Assembly: GCA_045599245.1 (NCBI GenBank)
Contig: JAZRVP010000136.1
Location: 34,555 to 98,554, forward strand
Direction of reading: 5' to 3'
Length of the DNA stretch: 64,000 nt
DNA from: Myxococcota bacterium
GTDB taxonomy: Bacteria > Myxococcota_A > Bradymonadia > UBA4248
Of this stretch, positions 20,401 through 29,836 are shown piece by piece (position 1 is the stretch's first letter; every line of letters begins with the position of its first letter). The position numbers were made by a program, and so were the translations under genes. The notes under the pieces are model-generated. The model saw only the letters and a program-made list of their open reading frames with translations, made no database searches and had not been told where the DNA came from.

Positions 20401-21152
20401 TGTCAACCAATGCGGTCGAAAAGAATGCCCAGGCCCTGAACCAGCTGCTTCGCCGGGATGGAAAAAAATACGGGAAGGCATGGCGCAGCCGGATACGCGA
20501 CCTGCTTTCGCAGACGTTTAGTGCGCTCAATGCGAAGCCTCTGGACGGCGCCCTTTGTCTTCGTCTTTCGGAGCAAATCGAAGCCGAACTCCAGGCGGCC
20601 GAAACGGGCGAAGTTGATGTCACGTCAGGGGCGCCGCAACCGTCACCCTCGTCAGACTCGCGTATGGGCGCGGCCCATAGCGAGTCGTCATCGCCTATTG
20701 CGAACAGCAATCGCGATGACCATGAGGGGGAGACGCGTATGGGCACGGCCCATAGCGTCGCGGGGGACGCCTGCCCCGCCAAATCACGAGAAACAGGCGA
20801 TGAACCGGCTCAAAGCGAAGTCCCGGTGCCGGAACCGGGTGCCGTACAGGAGCCACCGCCAACGCCCCCGGAAGAAATCGGGCTTTTCGATCTCATTCAC
20901 GTCGAAATCCGGTGTTTTTTCAAGATAAGAGCGTGCACGCGGCCGCCGTATATCGGTCGTTTTGTCACATTTGCCGACCGATTTGCCGAAGTCAAGCAGG
21001 AACATATCGACAAATTTATCGGCGTTCTTTCAAATTCAGAAGACGAATTCAGCGCGAAAACCGAAGTCGAAATCGGGTATCGCGAAGACCTGTTGCCGGA
21101 CATGCCGGAGCGCGGGCTTGTGCTTCACCCGAAAAAGAAAAATAAGCATTAG
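20400..21152 (+). CDS. Hypothetical protein (250 aa) with a low-complexity linker containing repeat hairpins
   Basis: TGATG overlap with the upstream gene; helical N-terminus, linker and a C-terminal globular-looking segment. Confidence 0.65.
   Translation: MSTNAVEKNAQALNQLLRRDGKKYGKAWRSRIRDLLSQTFSALNAKPLDGALCLRLSEQIEAELQAAETGEVDVTSGAPQPSPSSDSRMGAAHSESSSPIANSNRDDHEGETRMGTAHSVAGDACPAKSRETGDEPAQSEVPVPEPGAVQEPPPTPPEEIGLFDLIHVEIRCFFKIRACTRPPYIGRFVTFADRFAEVKQEHIDKFIGVLSNSEDEFSAKTEVEIGYREDLLPDMPERGLVLHPKKKNKH
20655..20759. repeat. Bulged-hairpin copies inside a CDS
   Basis: GACTCGC(G)TATGGGC-GCG-GCCCATAGCGAGTC (20655-20686) and GACGC(G)TATGGGC-ACG-GCCCATAGCGTC (20732-20759), with a degenerate copy between them. 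Confidence 0.8.
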
Positions 21153-21237
21153 CATTCATCAACAAACCATCAAATCATCCATGCCGCCATGGACAGAGGA
21201 CGCGCAGACAGACGTCCGTTTTCGTATTGGAAAGACT

Positions 21238-24200
21238 ATGAAACTGAAGAAACTGGCGATACTGAGTGCCCTTTTACTGACGTCCTGCACGGGGCTGGAT
21301 GCAGGCTGGAAAGCGCAGCGGGCGGGAGATTATGACGAAGCGCAGCGCCAGGCGATCATTGCGCTGAGCAAAGAGCCGAGAAATCCGTCCGTTTACCAGC
21401 TGATAGCGACGACGGCGCTCTCGAAAGGCCAGTATGATTCGGCGCTCAAGGCGGCGGAGTTTGCCAGTTCCCTGGACGGCGGAAGCGAAAAGTCCGAAAC
21501 GCTGATACGGGACATCCAGGTGGCGCGAAAGAACTGGGAAGGCGTGTGCGAAATCGGGCAAAAAGCGGTGCAGGCCGGCCGGGTCAGGCCAGGTGATGCG
21601 GCGATATACCGCGAAAGTTATGACGCGCTATCGGGCAAAGGCGAAAGCTACGGCTGTCTCCAGGTTCTGGAAGCGTCCGGAGAAGAGGTCGAGGGCGGGG
21701 ATGCGGTCAAGTCGGCGTATGCAGCAGCGCTTGCGGCCAAGGGTCTGAACCGTGAAGCGCTTCGCATTGAAGAAACCGTAGCCGAGCCCGCAGTTCGTCA
21801 GCTTCGAGCGTCGCAAAGGCTGTATGCGCTCCAGCGCCCGGAAGAGGGACGCAGCCTTCTTCGCGACTACATCGAACAGAGCGATGGATCAAGCCACGAA
21901 ACCCGCATAAAAGAAGCCTCGGAAGTCGCGGAAATGAATCGAGACTGGGGATTTTCGGCAGAAATTCTGTCGAAATCGGAGCTCGAAGAGAATGAAATCC
22001 GACATGCCATAGCCCTTCGCCGATCGTTCAGGCCGGAGGAATCGGATGCGCTTCTGACGCGTCATTTTGAGCGAACGAATCGGGATGCCGCGACGGTTCT
22101 GGATGAAGTGAACCGGCTTTCGGATGCGGGGTATGGAGAAAAAGCGGCGCAGGCCTATTTCACGTGCCAGTCGTGTCAGAGCGATGTCGATATGAGCCTT
22201 TTGGCGGCGGACAAGCTGTATCAGTCCGGAGAACTTTCCGCGACGACGCAGCTCATCGGGCAGCTTGGAGAGAGCCATTCGACGGATGCCGGACTTCAGA
22301 AACGGCTGTTTGACTGGTGCCGAAAGAAGAATCTGAATGCACAGGCGCTTGTGTGCGCGGAACGCGCGGCAAAACTCGGGCCTCTGGACGATGATTTTCA
22401 GGCGGCGCGTCTTGAGCTGTATGTGGCAAACCGCGAGATCCGAACGTATGAAAGGGAATCAAGTGCATGGATAGCCAGTCTTGAGGCACCGGCCATGAAA
22501 GCGCGAGAAACGATTGCCCGGATCGATGCAAAGCGCAACAACTGGCAGGGGGTTTTCAACGCCCTCGATCCTGCTGCCCAGAGCGTGGTATTTGAAGGGA
22601 AAACGGCCGAATATTATTTCAAATCGCTTCGCGTTCGCAAAGAGCATGAGGCACTTTACAAGGCACTCGAACGGCATGGCGAAGACCTGACTGCCCTCGA
22701 AAAGAGCCAGTATTTTGACAACGCGGAAACGGAAGACCTTTTCAAAAAATGCCTCGAGCCGCTGCTTTCGGGGGCAAAAGGAGAGAAACTGGATGCCGAA
22801 CTGGCGCTTGCCGTCTATTATCTGACGACGCAGGGAGATGTGGAAGCTGGCCGCCGCGAACTCGACAAATACCTTGAAATATCAGAAAAATCGTCCATGG
22901 CGTATTCGGTTGTCGTCAAAGAGCTTCGAAGCTACGGCCTGACCGATGTTGCAATCGAATATACGGAACAGTGGACCCAGGCCCATGAAACGGATGCGGA
23001 ACCGTACGGCATTCTTGGCCGTCTTTATCTGACGAAAACGTGGCTTGACAAAGTGCCGGGAGCATTCAGCAGCTATGTCAAATACAGTCCCAAGAGGAGA
23101 CAGGCACTCCGTTTTGGGTTCCAGGAATACGGACGGTTTAATCAGGCAAAAGCGGGACTTTTGTGGCTTGAAAGCGAAGTTCTGCCGGAGCGCGAAGGAG
23201 ACTGGGAAGGGATATATGCCCTGACGGAATCGCGTCAGGAGGAGTATCAGAGGACGAGAACACCGAATCAGGAACTTCGCCGGGAGCTCATCGAAAGCTA
23301 CATGAAACTGCTCAAGATGGCGCCGGACAATGCCGCAGAATACGGCTCGCAACTGGCCAATCTCAAGGCATGGCCGGAATCGTGTGAAGCCTTTGATGCA
23401 GCCGAGAAGTCAGGCAAGAAGCTGAATGCCGGCCTTCGCATCACGCGAGCGCAAATGGCGATACGGGCCAACAAACCAGCCCAGGAAATCCGGCGTCTCG
23501 TGGGGATGGTCAACAACGATGCCGAGACGTTCGACATGGTGGCCATGCTGGCGAGTGAACAGTCACTGGAATACGGTGACAGTATTCTTGAAAAGGCACT
23601 GTCGTCCGAAAAGCAGGAGAGCCGGATCAAAGCGTATGACAATCTGGTCCGCATGAAGCGCAACGAAGGGAAGCCGGAGGAGATAAAGAAGTACTCGAGT
23701 TTGCTCGAGAATGCATCTCCAAACAATGTGAATATCCGGATGAAGATTGCAGAAAATGCGTTGAGCAACAACGAATTTGACGAAGCGGTGCGTCAGCTGA
23801 CCATTCTTCAGGCGGAGCGTCCGGATGCGCGGGATGTGCTGATGCTTGAGATGAAAACGGCGCGCCGAGCCCCAAACCATGCGGGAGCCCAGGCCCTTCT
23901 TGCAACGACATTCGATGCCGCCGAAGGCGTTTACCATCGCCTGATCTGGATTTCCGAAATATTTGAACAGTTCAGTGATTACAAGCGTGCGCTCTATTTT
24001 GCAGAAAAAGCCGAAGCATCGTCCCCCATGCGCGGCGACAGTCAGTCGATAAGACTTCTCAAGCTTGAGCTCAGAACGGGAACCGATATTACGAGTGAAG
24101 AATTTGCAAACCGTCTGAATACCGTGCGAGCATCGAAGGTCTGGAATGTGAATTACATTCAGGAACTGGCGGAAGAAGCGCAGCGTGACGGCTATTATGA

Positions 24201-26394
24201 CCTAGCCCAGAGCTGGATGAGGGAAGCGATCTCTCTGGCGCCGGAAAATCCGACGATAAAGCGGCGCCGTCTTGAGATGGCACTGTCCACAGAGTCGGAG
24301 GGACTGATCGCATCCAGTCTTGAAAAAGCGATTGATGCACCGGTTGCGGAAGTCATGGATCCGCTTGTTTCCAACGAATCGATGATGGATGCGATATCGG
24401 CGATCGATTTGTTTGAGCAGACGGGAGAACTCGAGATGGCTTCGGCCTCATTATTGAGGATTCTGCCCTACTACGTCGAAGCGAGAGGGATTACGGCGGC
24501 ACTTCGCGCCCTCAAGGATGATACCGAAGCGGTGGAAAATTATCGGACGGATGCCATCAACGTTCTTGCCGGTCATGCGTCGATTGGTGAAACGCCTTGT
24601 GAGGCCCTGGTCTATCGAAGTGAACTCGATGATCCGAAGGTATGGGCGACACTGATCGAACGATGTCCCGATGCGCAAACCAGTCTTTTTTCAAGTCTGA
24701 AGTCTCTTCGAGCGAAGTTTATTGAGCGATATAAAGAGAATTTTGATGCCATCGTGTACGACACCCTGGTTGACAGACATCGCGTCAAAGAAGCGAAATC
24801 GTATGCCGAAGCGATGGGGCTCGCCCTGACGCCGTACGACAGTTTTGAGCGCGCGATCTATGCAGGAAATGCCCTGGATGCCCTCAAACAGGTCACAGTG
24901 AATCCTGTGTCACCGGAGGACATGCCGCACGTATTTTCACTTCTTGTGAATGCCGGTTTTTCACGAGAAGCCATTGATTATGCCGAGAACCACATCAATG
25001 AAATGAGAGCGGATGAACAACTCGGGGTTGCCTCAGCGGCAGTTCTTCTCGGCGCAGATGAGAAAAAGTTTGGAGCAATTCTACCTGGCGCGACGCCGAA
25101 GATATATGAAACGATGGATAGCCGTGATGTTGCACGTCTCGTTGCCGTGTCAGGAATTCGGACGTGGCTGAAAACGACACCATCGGCGGAAATTTCACTG
25201 GTCATCGAGACCGCGCTCAAGTGTGCGACAGTGAATGAAGGTCAAAAAGCCGAGATACTTCAGGCGATTGATGAAGAGATATCGCACAGAAGCTCACGTC
25301 TTCCCCTGACGGTAACCGTTGCGCAGTCGGAACTCGATGCGAATCTGAACAAAGAAGCGGATGCGCATTTGTCACAAATGCGCAGGATGCTCCCGTCGTC
25401 GGACTACGTGTATCGAATGAGTTCGGTTGCGAGTGCGCGTATGGGAAATCAGAATGAAGCCTGGCAGTATCTGGAAGAAGGTTCACTTTGCGCCACTGAT
25501 CTATCCGATTACTGGAATCGTGCCTCGGAACAGCATTCAAACTCGCCGTTATCCTTACGTCAGAAAATCAACGAAATTCGGCGATCGATTTGGCCAAGAG
25601 ACACAAAACTCCAGATCGAAGCGATACGACTGTCACTCGAAAACGGGGATGGATCGTCGGCAGAACTCTGGGCCAATGAAGCATACAAAACAGGCGGATA
25701 TGGTGCGATAAGCCAGATAGCGGACGCCTATATTGAAGCAAATGCCGTCAGTGCCATTCCGGAAGTCATTCTGACGGAAAACACGAGTGTAACTCAGCAG
25801 ATACGAGGCCGGATTCAGCTGGAACGCGGGGAAACAGAAGCCGCATCCCAGACATTTTCAGATGCCGCGAAGCGAGCGCCGTGGCCGCCCAAAGTCTATG
25901 GCGAGGCAATCGAAGCCTTTTTGGAACATTCCCATCCGGAAAAAGCCGAACAGCTCATTGCCCTGATGATGAAGAATTATCCGCATTCAGCGACGGCGTA
26001 TGCCTATCGTGCGGCCTATTTCCTTCGTGAAAAGAAGACCGAAGAAGCATGGAACGACTACATGACAGCGCGCCGTTTGTCTGTCAGTACGAACTCATGG
26101 CTCGGGCTCCTTGTGAGAGAAACCGTTCTTTTGAATGAAATAGCGTTTGCGCAAAAAGTATTCGAATATGAGTCGAGCCATGGTTCCAATGACGAAACAA
26201 TTTGGCTAGACTCGGTAATTTCAGTGAGCCTGAACGAGACGTTATGTGCGCGCGAGGGCAAGACCAAGGAAGAGTTTGCACGTCAAGGCATGAATTATCT
26301 GGAACAGGTTGTGCCGCAGGCCGGTCTGTTTATGAGAAATAATCCGGAACTCTCAGCGCGTTTCTCAAGGATGAAATCGCGAGCCGCCAAATAG
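21238..26394 (+). CDS. Giant TPR-like alpha-solenoid lipoprotein (about 1718 aa)
   Basis: MKLKKLAILSALLLTSC lipobox; repeated TPR-like helical hairpins along the whole length. Confidence 0.8.
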   Translation: MKLKKLAILSALLLTSCTGLDAGWKAQRAGDYDEAQRQAIIALSKEPRNPSVYQLIATTALSKGQYDSALKAAEFASSLDGGSEKSETLIRDIQVARKNWEGVCEIGQKAVQAGRVRPGDAAIYRESYDALSGKGESYGCLQVLEASGEEVEGGDAVKSAYAAALAAKGLNREALRIEETVAEPAVRQLRASQRLYALQRPEEGRSLLRDYIEQSDGSSHETRIKEASEVAEMNRDWGFSAEILSKSELEENEIRHAIALRRSFRPEESDALLTRHFERTNRDAATVLDEVNRLSDAGYGEKAAQAYFTCQSCQSDVDMSLLAADKLYQSGELSATTQLIGQLGESHSTDAGLQKRLFDWCRKKNLNAQALVCAERAAKLGPLDDDFQAARLELYVANREIRTYERESSAWIASLEAPAMKARETIARIDAKRNNWQGVFNALDPAAQSVVFEGKTAEYYFKSLRVRKEHEALYKALERHGEDLTALEKSQYFDNAETEDLFKKCLEPLLSGAKGEKLDAELALAVYYLTTQGDVEAGRRELDKYLEISEKSSMAYSVVVKELRSYGLTDVAIEYTEQWTQAHETDAEPYGILGRLYLTKTWLDKVPGAFSSYVKYSPKRRQALRFGFQEYGRFNQAKAGLLWLESEVLPEREGDWEGIYALTESRQEEYQRTRTPNQELRRELIESYMKLLKMAPDNAAEYGSQLANLKAWPESCEAFDAAEKSGKKLNAGLRITRAQMAIRANKPAQEIRRLVGMVNNDAETFDMVAMLASEQSLEYGDSILEKALSSEKQESRIKAYDNLVRMKRNEGKPEEIKKYSSLLENASPNNVNIRMKIAENALSNNEFDEAVRQLTILQAERPDARDVLMLEMKTARRAPNHAGAQALLATTFDAAEGVYHRLIWISEIFEQFSDYKRALYFAEKAEASSPMRGDSQSIRLLKLELRTGTDITSEEFANRLNTVRASKVWNVNYIQELAEEAQRDGYYDLAQSWMREAISLAPENPTIKRRRLEMALSTESEGLIASSLEKAIDAPVAEVMDPLVSNESMMDAISAIDLFEQTGELEMASASLLRILPYYVEARGITAALRALKDDTEAVENYRTDAINVLAGHASIGETPCEALVYRSELDDPKVWATLIERCPDAQTSLFSSLKSLRAKFIERYKENFDAIVYDTLVDRHRVKEAKSYAEAMGLALTPYDSFERAIYAGNALDALKQVTVNPVSPEDMPHVFSLLVNAGFSREAIDYAENHINEMRADEQLGVASAAVLLGADEKKFGAILPGATPKIYETMDSRDVARLVAVSGIRTWLKTTPSAEISLVIETALKCATVNEGQKAEILQAIDEEISHRSSRLPLTVTVAQSELDANLNKEADAHLSQMRRMLPSSDYVYRMSSVASARMGNQNEAWQYLEEGSLCATDLSDYWNRASEQHSNSPLSLRQKINEIRRSIWPRDTKLQIEAIRLSLENGDGSSAELWANEAYKTGGYGAISQIADAYIEANAVSAIPEVILTENTSVTQQIRGRIQLERGETEAASQTFSDAAKRAPWPPKVYGEAIEAFLEHSHPEKAEQLIALMMKNYPHSATAYAYRAAYFLREKKTEEAWNDYMTARRLSVSTNSWLGLLVRETVLLNEIAFAQKVFEYESSHGSNDETIWLDSVISVSLNETLCAREGKTKEEFARQGMNYLEQVVPQAGLFMRNNPELSARFSRMKSRAAK

Positions 26395-26407
26395 GCATTG
26401 GAATGAT

Positions 26408-27685
26408 ATGAACGCCATAAAGATAAGAAAAGGAATTTTGACGGTCAGTCTGACCATTTTTTTGGCGATGGTATTTTGTGCCTTCAGTGTGATGCATGAT
26501 GCACAGGCAGAAGAGGGCCATGAGCAAATCACAGGTGTATCCGGATCGAATAAACAGTCCGTAAAATCCAAAACAAAGACAACCGACAAATCAGCCAAAT
26601 CGACCAAGTCCAAACCATCCAAACCGAAGCAGACGACGAGTGCGACCAAGAAAACTTCGTCCAGCAGTACCAAAAAGGCGTCGAGTACGCAGAAAAAGAA
26701 CGGCAGCAAATCGTCGAAAAAGACGTCTAAAGGCAAGAAAGGCGGTTTTAAAGACATAAAAAATGCGGCCGCAGAACGCGAATCAGAATCGTCCGAGGTG
26801 ATGTTCAGCGAAGAGGAAATCGAACGCTATCGAGCGATGCCGTTTGAAACCTGGGAAAGTCCGCGCGAAATCTCGGAAACAGGCTTTCCGATTGAACCGG
26901 GATTTGCGCAGCCGTATCCATACGGGAATTTGATGAGACAATTTTGCGGCGGAACGAAGCGCAAGCTGCATCGCGGTCACGACATCGGGATTGTTGGTGA
27001 AGAAAATGGTGGTCTTGGAACGGTAATCAATTCGGTGACCCGGTCTGTTATCACATTAATCGGGAAAACGGGCGAGGACATCGGAGAATTTGGCAAACAG
27101 GACAAACGAACGGGTGAAATCGTTCGAACCGGCAAAAAGTATCCGCGCCAGATACTCGTTCCAGGTTATGGCGTAGTCTATCCATTCTCATTGAATTACG
27201 GACGTTGGCGAAGCGGAGTTGTCATTGTGACCAAAGTTCTGGATGGTCCATTAAAGGATTACACAATACGCTATATGCACATGGCGGCGGTTCGTCCCGA
27301 CCTGAAGGTCGGAGATGTTGTAGAAGCTGGTGAACACATTGCACTCATGGGAGCGACAGCAGTGATGGATTCTCACCCCCATGTCCATATTGATATGTCC
27401 ACGCCAACGGGAACGAGAGCAGACCTGGCGCCGTATATAGGGATATCGGCAGAACCAGGATCGTGCCGAGCGGCGCAAAAAGCGGCACAAAAAGCATCGA
27501 AATCCAAAGCGACATCTAAAAAATCGAGCAAATCGTCGAAGAAAAGTTCGACGAAAAAGAGTTCGACGAAAAGCACAAAGAGCACAAAGAGCACATCACC
27601 CAAAAAAAGGAGCCGTTCGTCCTATACGACGCAAAACACCGTGACAGAAAGCCCCAACATTATGATTCTGGACCGGACGGTATAG
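26408..27685 (+). CDS. M23-family metalloendopeptidase with Lys/Ser/Thr-rich tails (425 aa)
   Basis: HRGHD (HxxxD), YMHM, VKVGD-like LKVGDVVEAGEHIA and HPHVH zinc motifs; N-terminal signal/TM segment. Confidence 0.88.
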   Translation: MNAIKIRKGILTVSLTIFLAMVFCAFSVMHDAQAEEGHEQITGVSGSNKQSVKSKTKTTDKSAKSTKSKPSKPKQTTSATKKTSSSSTKKASSTQKKNGSKSSKKTSKGKKGGFKDIKNAAAERESESSEVMFSEEEIERYRAMPFETWESPREISETGFPIEPGFAQPYPYGNLMRQFCGGTKRKLHRGHDIGIVGEENGGLGTVINSVTRSVITLIGKTGEDIGEFGKQDKRTGEIVRTGKKYPRQILVPGYGVVYPFSLNYGRWRSGVVIVTKVLDGPLKDYTIRYMHMAAVRPDLKVGDVVEAGEHIALMGATAVMDSHPHVHIDMSTPTGTRADLAPYIGISAEPGSCRAAQKAAQKASKSKATSKKSSKSSKKSSTKKSSTKSTKSTKSTSPKKRSRSSYTTQNTVTESPNIMILDRTV

Positions 27686-27824
27686 GTAAAAGTTGACATA
27701 GAAAGTGAATGAACGTAAAAATGTTGGCATAAAACTGGAATTGATATTAATTTTATGAAATTGATGCATTTAGTATCAATGGAAATTTAATCATGTCTCA
27801 TCTAACCATACAAGGAGAAAGACC

Positions 27825-28460
27825 ATGAAACGTTCACAATTATTAAGTTTAGTTTTTGGCCTGGCGTTATTGGTTCCGTCGATGGCATTGGCGCAGCCGG
27901 GACATCCGCAGCCGCAGCCTGGTCAGCCGATGATGGCTCCCGGTCAGCCGGGACATCCGGGTCCGAATGCGAAACCCAATGATCCGCATGCGCAGCCTGG
28001 TCCAAACAATCACGGACCGGCACCTGCACCCGGAAAACCGGGACCTGGACCTGCGCCGCATCATGGCCCGGCCCCTGCTCCACATCATGGCCCGGCCCCT
28101 GCTCCGCATCATGGACCTGTCCCCCCTCCTCCTGTGATTGTTCATCCGGCACCTGTTCCACCTCCTCCTGCACCGCAGGCTGTGATGAATCATCACGATT
28201 TCGAGCGGCTTCTTCGATCCATTGATCGGGCACCGTTCAAAGGAGACAAACTGTCACGCATTCAATCGGCAGCGGCAACGAATCGATTTTCCTCGCAGCA
28301 GGCCAAAGAATTGCTCCAGCATTTGAGTTTTGACAATGATCGCGTCAAAGCTGCATGCAGTCTTTATCCGAGTGTAGTCGATGCAGCCAACTGGCACATT
28401 GTTTATGAAGCATTTTCATATCCGGCAAGCCATGCTCAGGTTCGCCACTGCAGTCGCTAA
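27825..28460 (+). CDS. Secreted DUF4476-domain protein with Pro/His-rich N-terminus (211 aa)
   Basis: AGGAGA RBS, signal peptide, GPAPAPHH repeats, then MNHHDFERLL...FSSQQAKELL...SFDNDRVKAA...YPSVVD typical of DUF4476. Confidence 0.8.
   Translation: MKRSQLLSLVFGLALLVPSMALAQPGHPQPQPGQPMMAPGQPGHPGPNAKPNDPHAQPGPNNHGPAPAPGKPGPGPAPHHGPAPAPHHGPAPAPHHGPVPPPPVIVHPAPVPPPPAPQAVMNHHDFERLLRSIDRAPFKGDKLSRIQSAAATNRFSSQQAKELLQHLSFDNDRVKAACSLYPSVVDAANWHIVYEAFSYPASHAQVRHCSR
28059..28117 (+). repeat. 24-bp coding tandem repeat (HHGPAPAP)
   Basis: CATCATGGCCCGGCCCCTGCTCC(A/G), about 2.5 copies. Confidence 0.8.
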
Positions 28461-28477
28461 CGACAGCAACCAACCAA

Positions 28478-28562
28478 GACTAACAAAGGCCGCGCGAGCG
28501 GCCTTTAAAGAATTTGAAAAAGCGGCGAAAGGCCGCATAAAAAAGGCCGCGAAAGCGGCCTT
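28478..28562. terminator. Triple hairpin / bidirectional terminator between convergent genes
   Basis: AGGCCGC-GCGA-GCGGCCT, GCGGC-GAAAG-GCCGC and AAGGCCGC-GAAA-GCGGCCTT with flanking A/T runs. Confidence 0.65.
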
Positions 28563-28566
28563 AAAA

Positions 28567-29241
28567 CTATTCTTCGTTACGATATCGAACGTACCAGTCG
28601 TAGACGTTACGAACATATTTTTGTGTATCGGCGAAAGGGATGCCGCCGGCCTTAGCGACATTTCCGGGTCCGGCATTGTAGCCGGAAAGGATGAGATTGA
28701 TATCGCCGTCATAACGGTCGGAAAGCCGACGCAGATATTTGGTACCGCCGAGGATATTTTGATGTGGATCGAAAGGATCGGAGACATTCATGTGAGAGGC
28801 GGTACCCGGCATAAGCTGCATAAGCCCCATGGCGCCGACGCGGCTGACGGCCTTAGGGTTGAAGTTGCTTTCGATTTTAATGACAGCTTTGATGAAGGCG
28901 AAAGGGATACCGTAAAGTTTAGAGGCCTCGGCGATATAGGCATCATATCGATGGGAGGGATCATTAGGGTCATTTTTTCTGACCTTGAGGACCGTTTTAT
29001 CAGACGCAGGAGAACTGGCAGAAGCGACTGCAGGCTGAGCCTGAGTTTTGTGAGCTTTCGGAGCACTATTCCGTGTGCTTGTCTTAATCACATCCAGTAA
29101 TTTGAGATCCTTGCGAGGCTGTGTGGTAAGAATAACCTCACCGCTATTCGTCTGATAACGATAGATATCCGCATGAGCCATGGCAGGAAAGCCGGCAAAG
29201 ACAAACAGAATCGCTATTTTGAAGAATTTTGACATACGCAT
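28567..29241 (-). CDS. Lytic transglycosylase (SLT) with N-terminal DUF4124-like domain
   Basis: Signal peptide AMAHA-DIYRY; AVIKIESNFNPKAVS, GAMGLMQLMPGT and YNAGPGNV motifs. Confidence 0.92.
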   Translation of the reverse strand: MRMSKFFKIAILFVFAGFPAMAHADIYRYQTNSGEVILTTQPRKDLKLLDVIKTSTRNSAPKAHKTQAQPAVASASSPASDKTVLKVRKNDPNDPSHRYDAYIAEASKLYGIPFAFIKAVIKIESNFNPKAVSRVGAMGLMQLMPGTASHMNVSDPFDPHQNILGGTKYLRRLSDRYDGDINLILSGYNAGPGNVAKAGGIPFADTQKYVRNVYDWYVRYRNEE

Positions 29242-29331
29242 AATCTTTAGAGAGAGAACACAAAACAACACTTTATTGTAAAACAGACGTCTCAAAAAAA
29301 GCAAATTTTGAGAGAAAAAAGTGACAAAGGT

Positions 29332-29708
29332 GGTTACTACTCACCGGGGCTCTGCCCCGAACCCCGCTGGGGCTTTGCCCTTTCCTCAGTTCGCAATATG
29401 AAATGCACTTCGCCGAGCCTGTTGGTCGAGGCGTTGTGCACAACGCCTCGACTGGCCGTTCATTTCATTTGCTCACTGGGCTCTGTGGTTTTCGCCATTC
29501 ACAGGATGGCGAAAATCCTCGGCCCCGCCAAAGGGCTGAGCCCTTTGGAAGCCTCAATATTTTATAGGGTGTATAAGTTTTTGGGGCTGCCTAACTATGC
29601 TTCCTCGCCGGGGCCTCTCGCCCCGGCTTTCCTCAATATCTATCTTAGAATTGCGAAATAATTCGTCATTCGTCAATCTCTGCTCATATTTCAGAAGATT
29701 TGTGAATT
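29332..29708 (-). mobile_element. Modular MITE-like element, copy B (377 bp, with extra hairpin modules)
   Basis: The reverse complement aligns with copies A and C at both ends; internal additions include TTTTCGCCAT..ATGGCGAAAA and the 28-bp palindrome. Confidence 0.65.
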
Positions 29709-29758
29709 AACCCGGGATGAGCTGTCATTGAATAGTAAAAAAAAAGGGATATTGAGGT

Positions 29759-29786
29759 TTGACATATTTAAGGGCGCGCATATAAG
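29759..29786 (+). promoter_or_regulatory. Putative sigma70 promoter of secA
   Basis: TTGACA-16 bp-TATAAG, 50 nt upstream of the start codon. Confidence 0.55.
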
Positions 29787-29836
29787 TGGATGGCCATTTT
29801 TTGGCCTTAAATTTTTTTGCATACCCCGGAGAAGCC

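Noticed and set aside
20962-21237. 5' extension making the TPR protein 1810 aa
   Set aside because: It overlaps the upstream gene; the signal peptide and lipobox begin at ATG 21238.
28381-29100. 239-aa plus-strand ORF
   Set aside because: It is antisense to the SLT gene and runs through the terminator hairpins.
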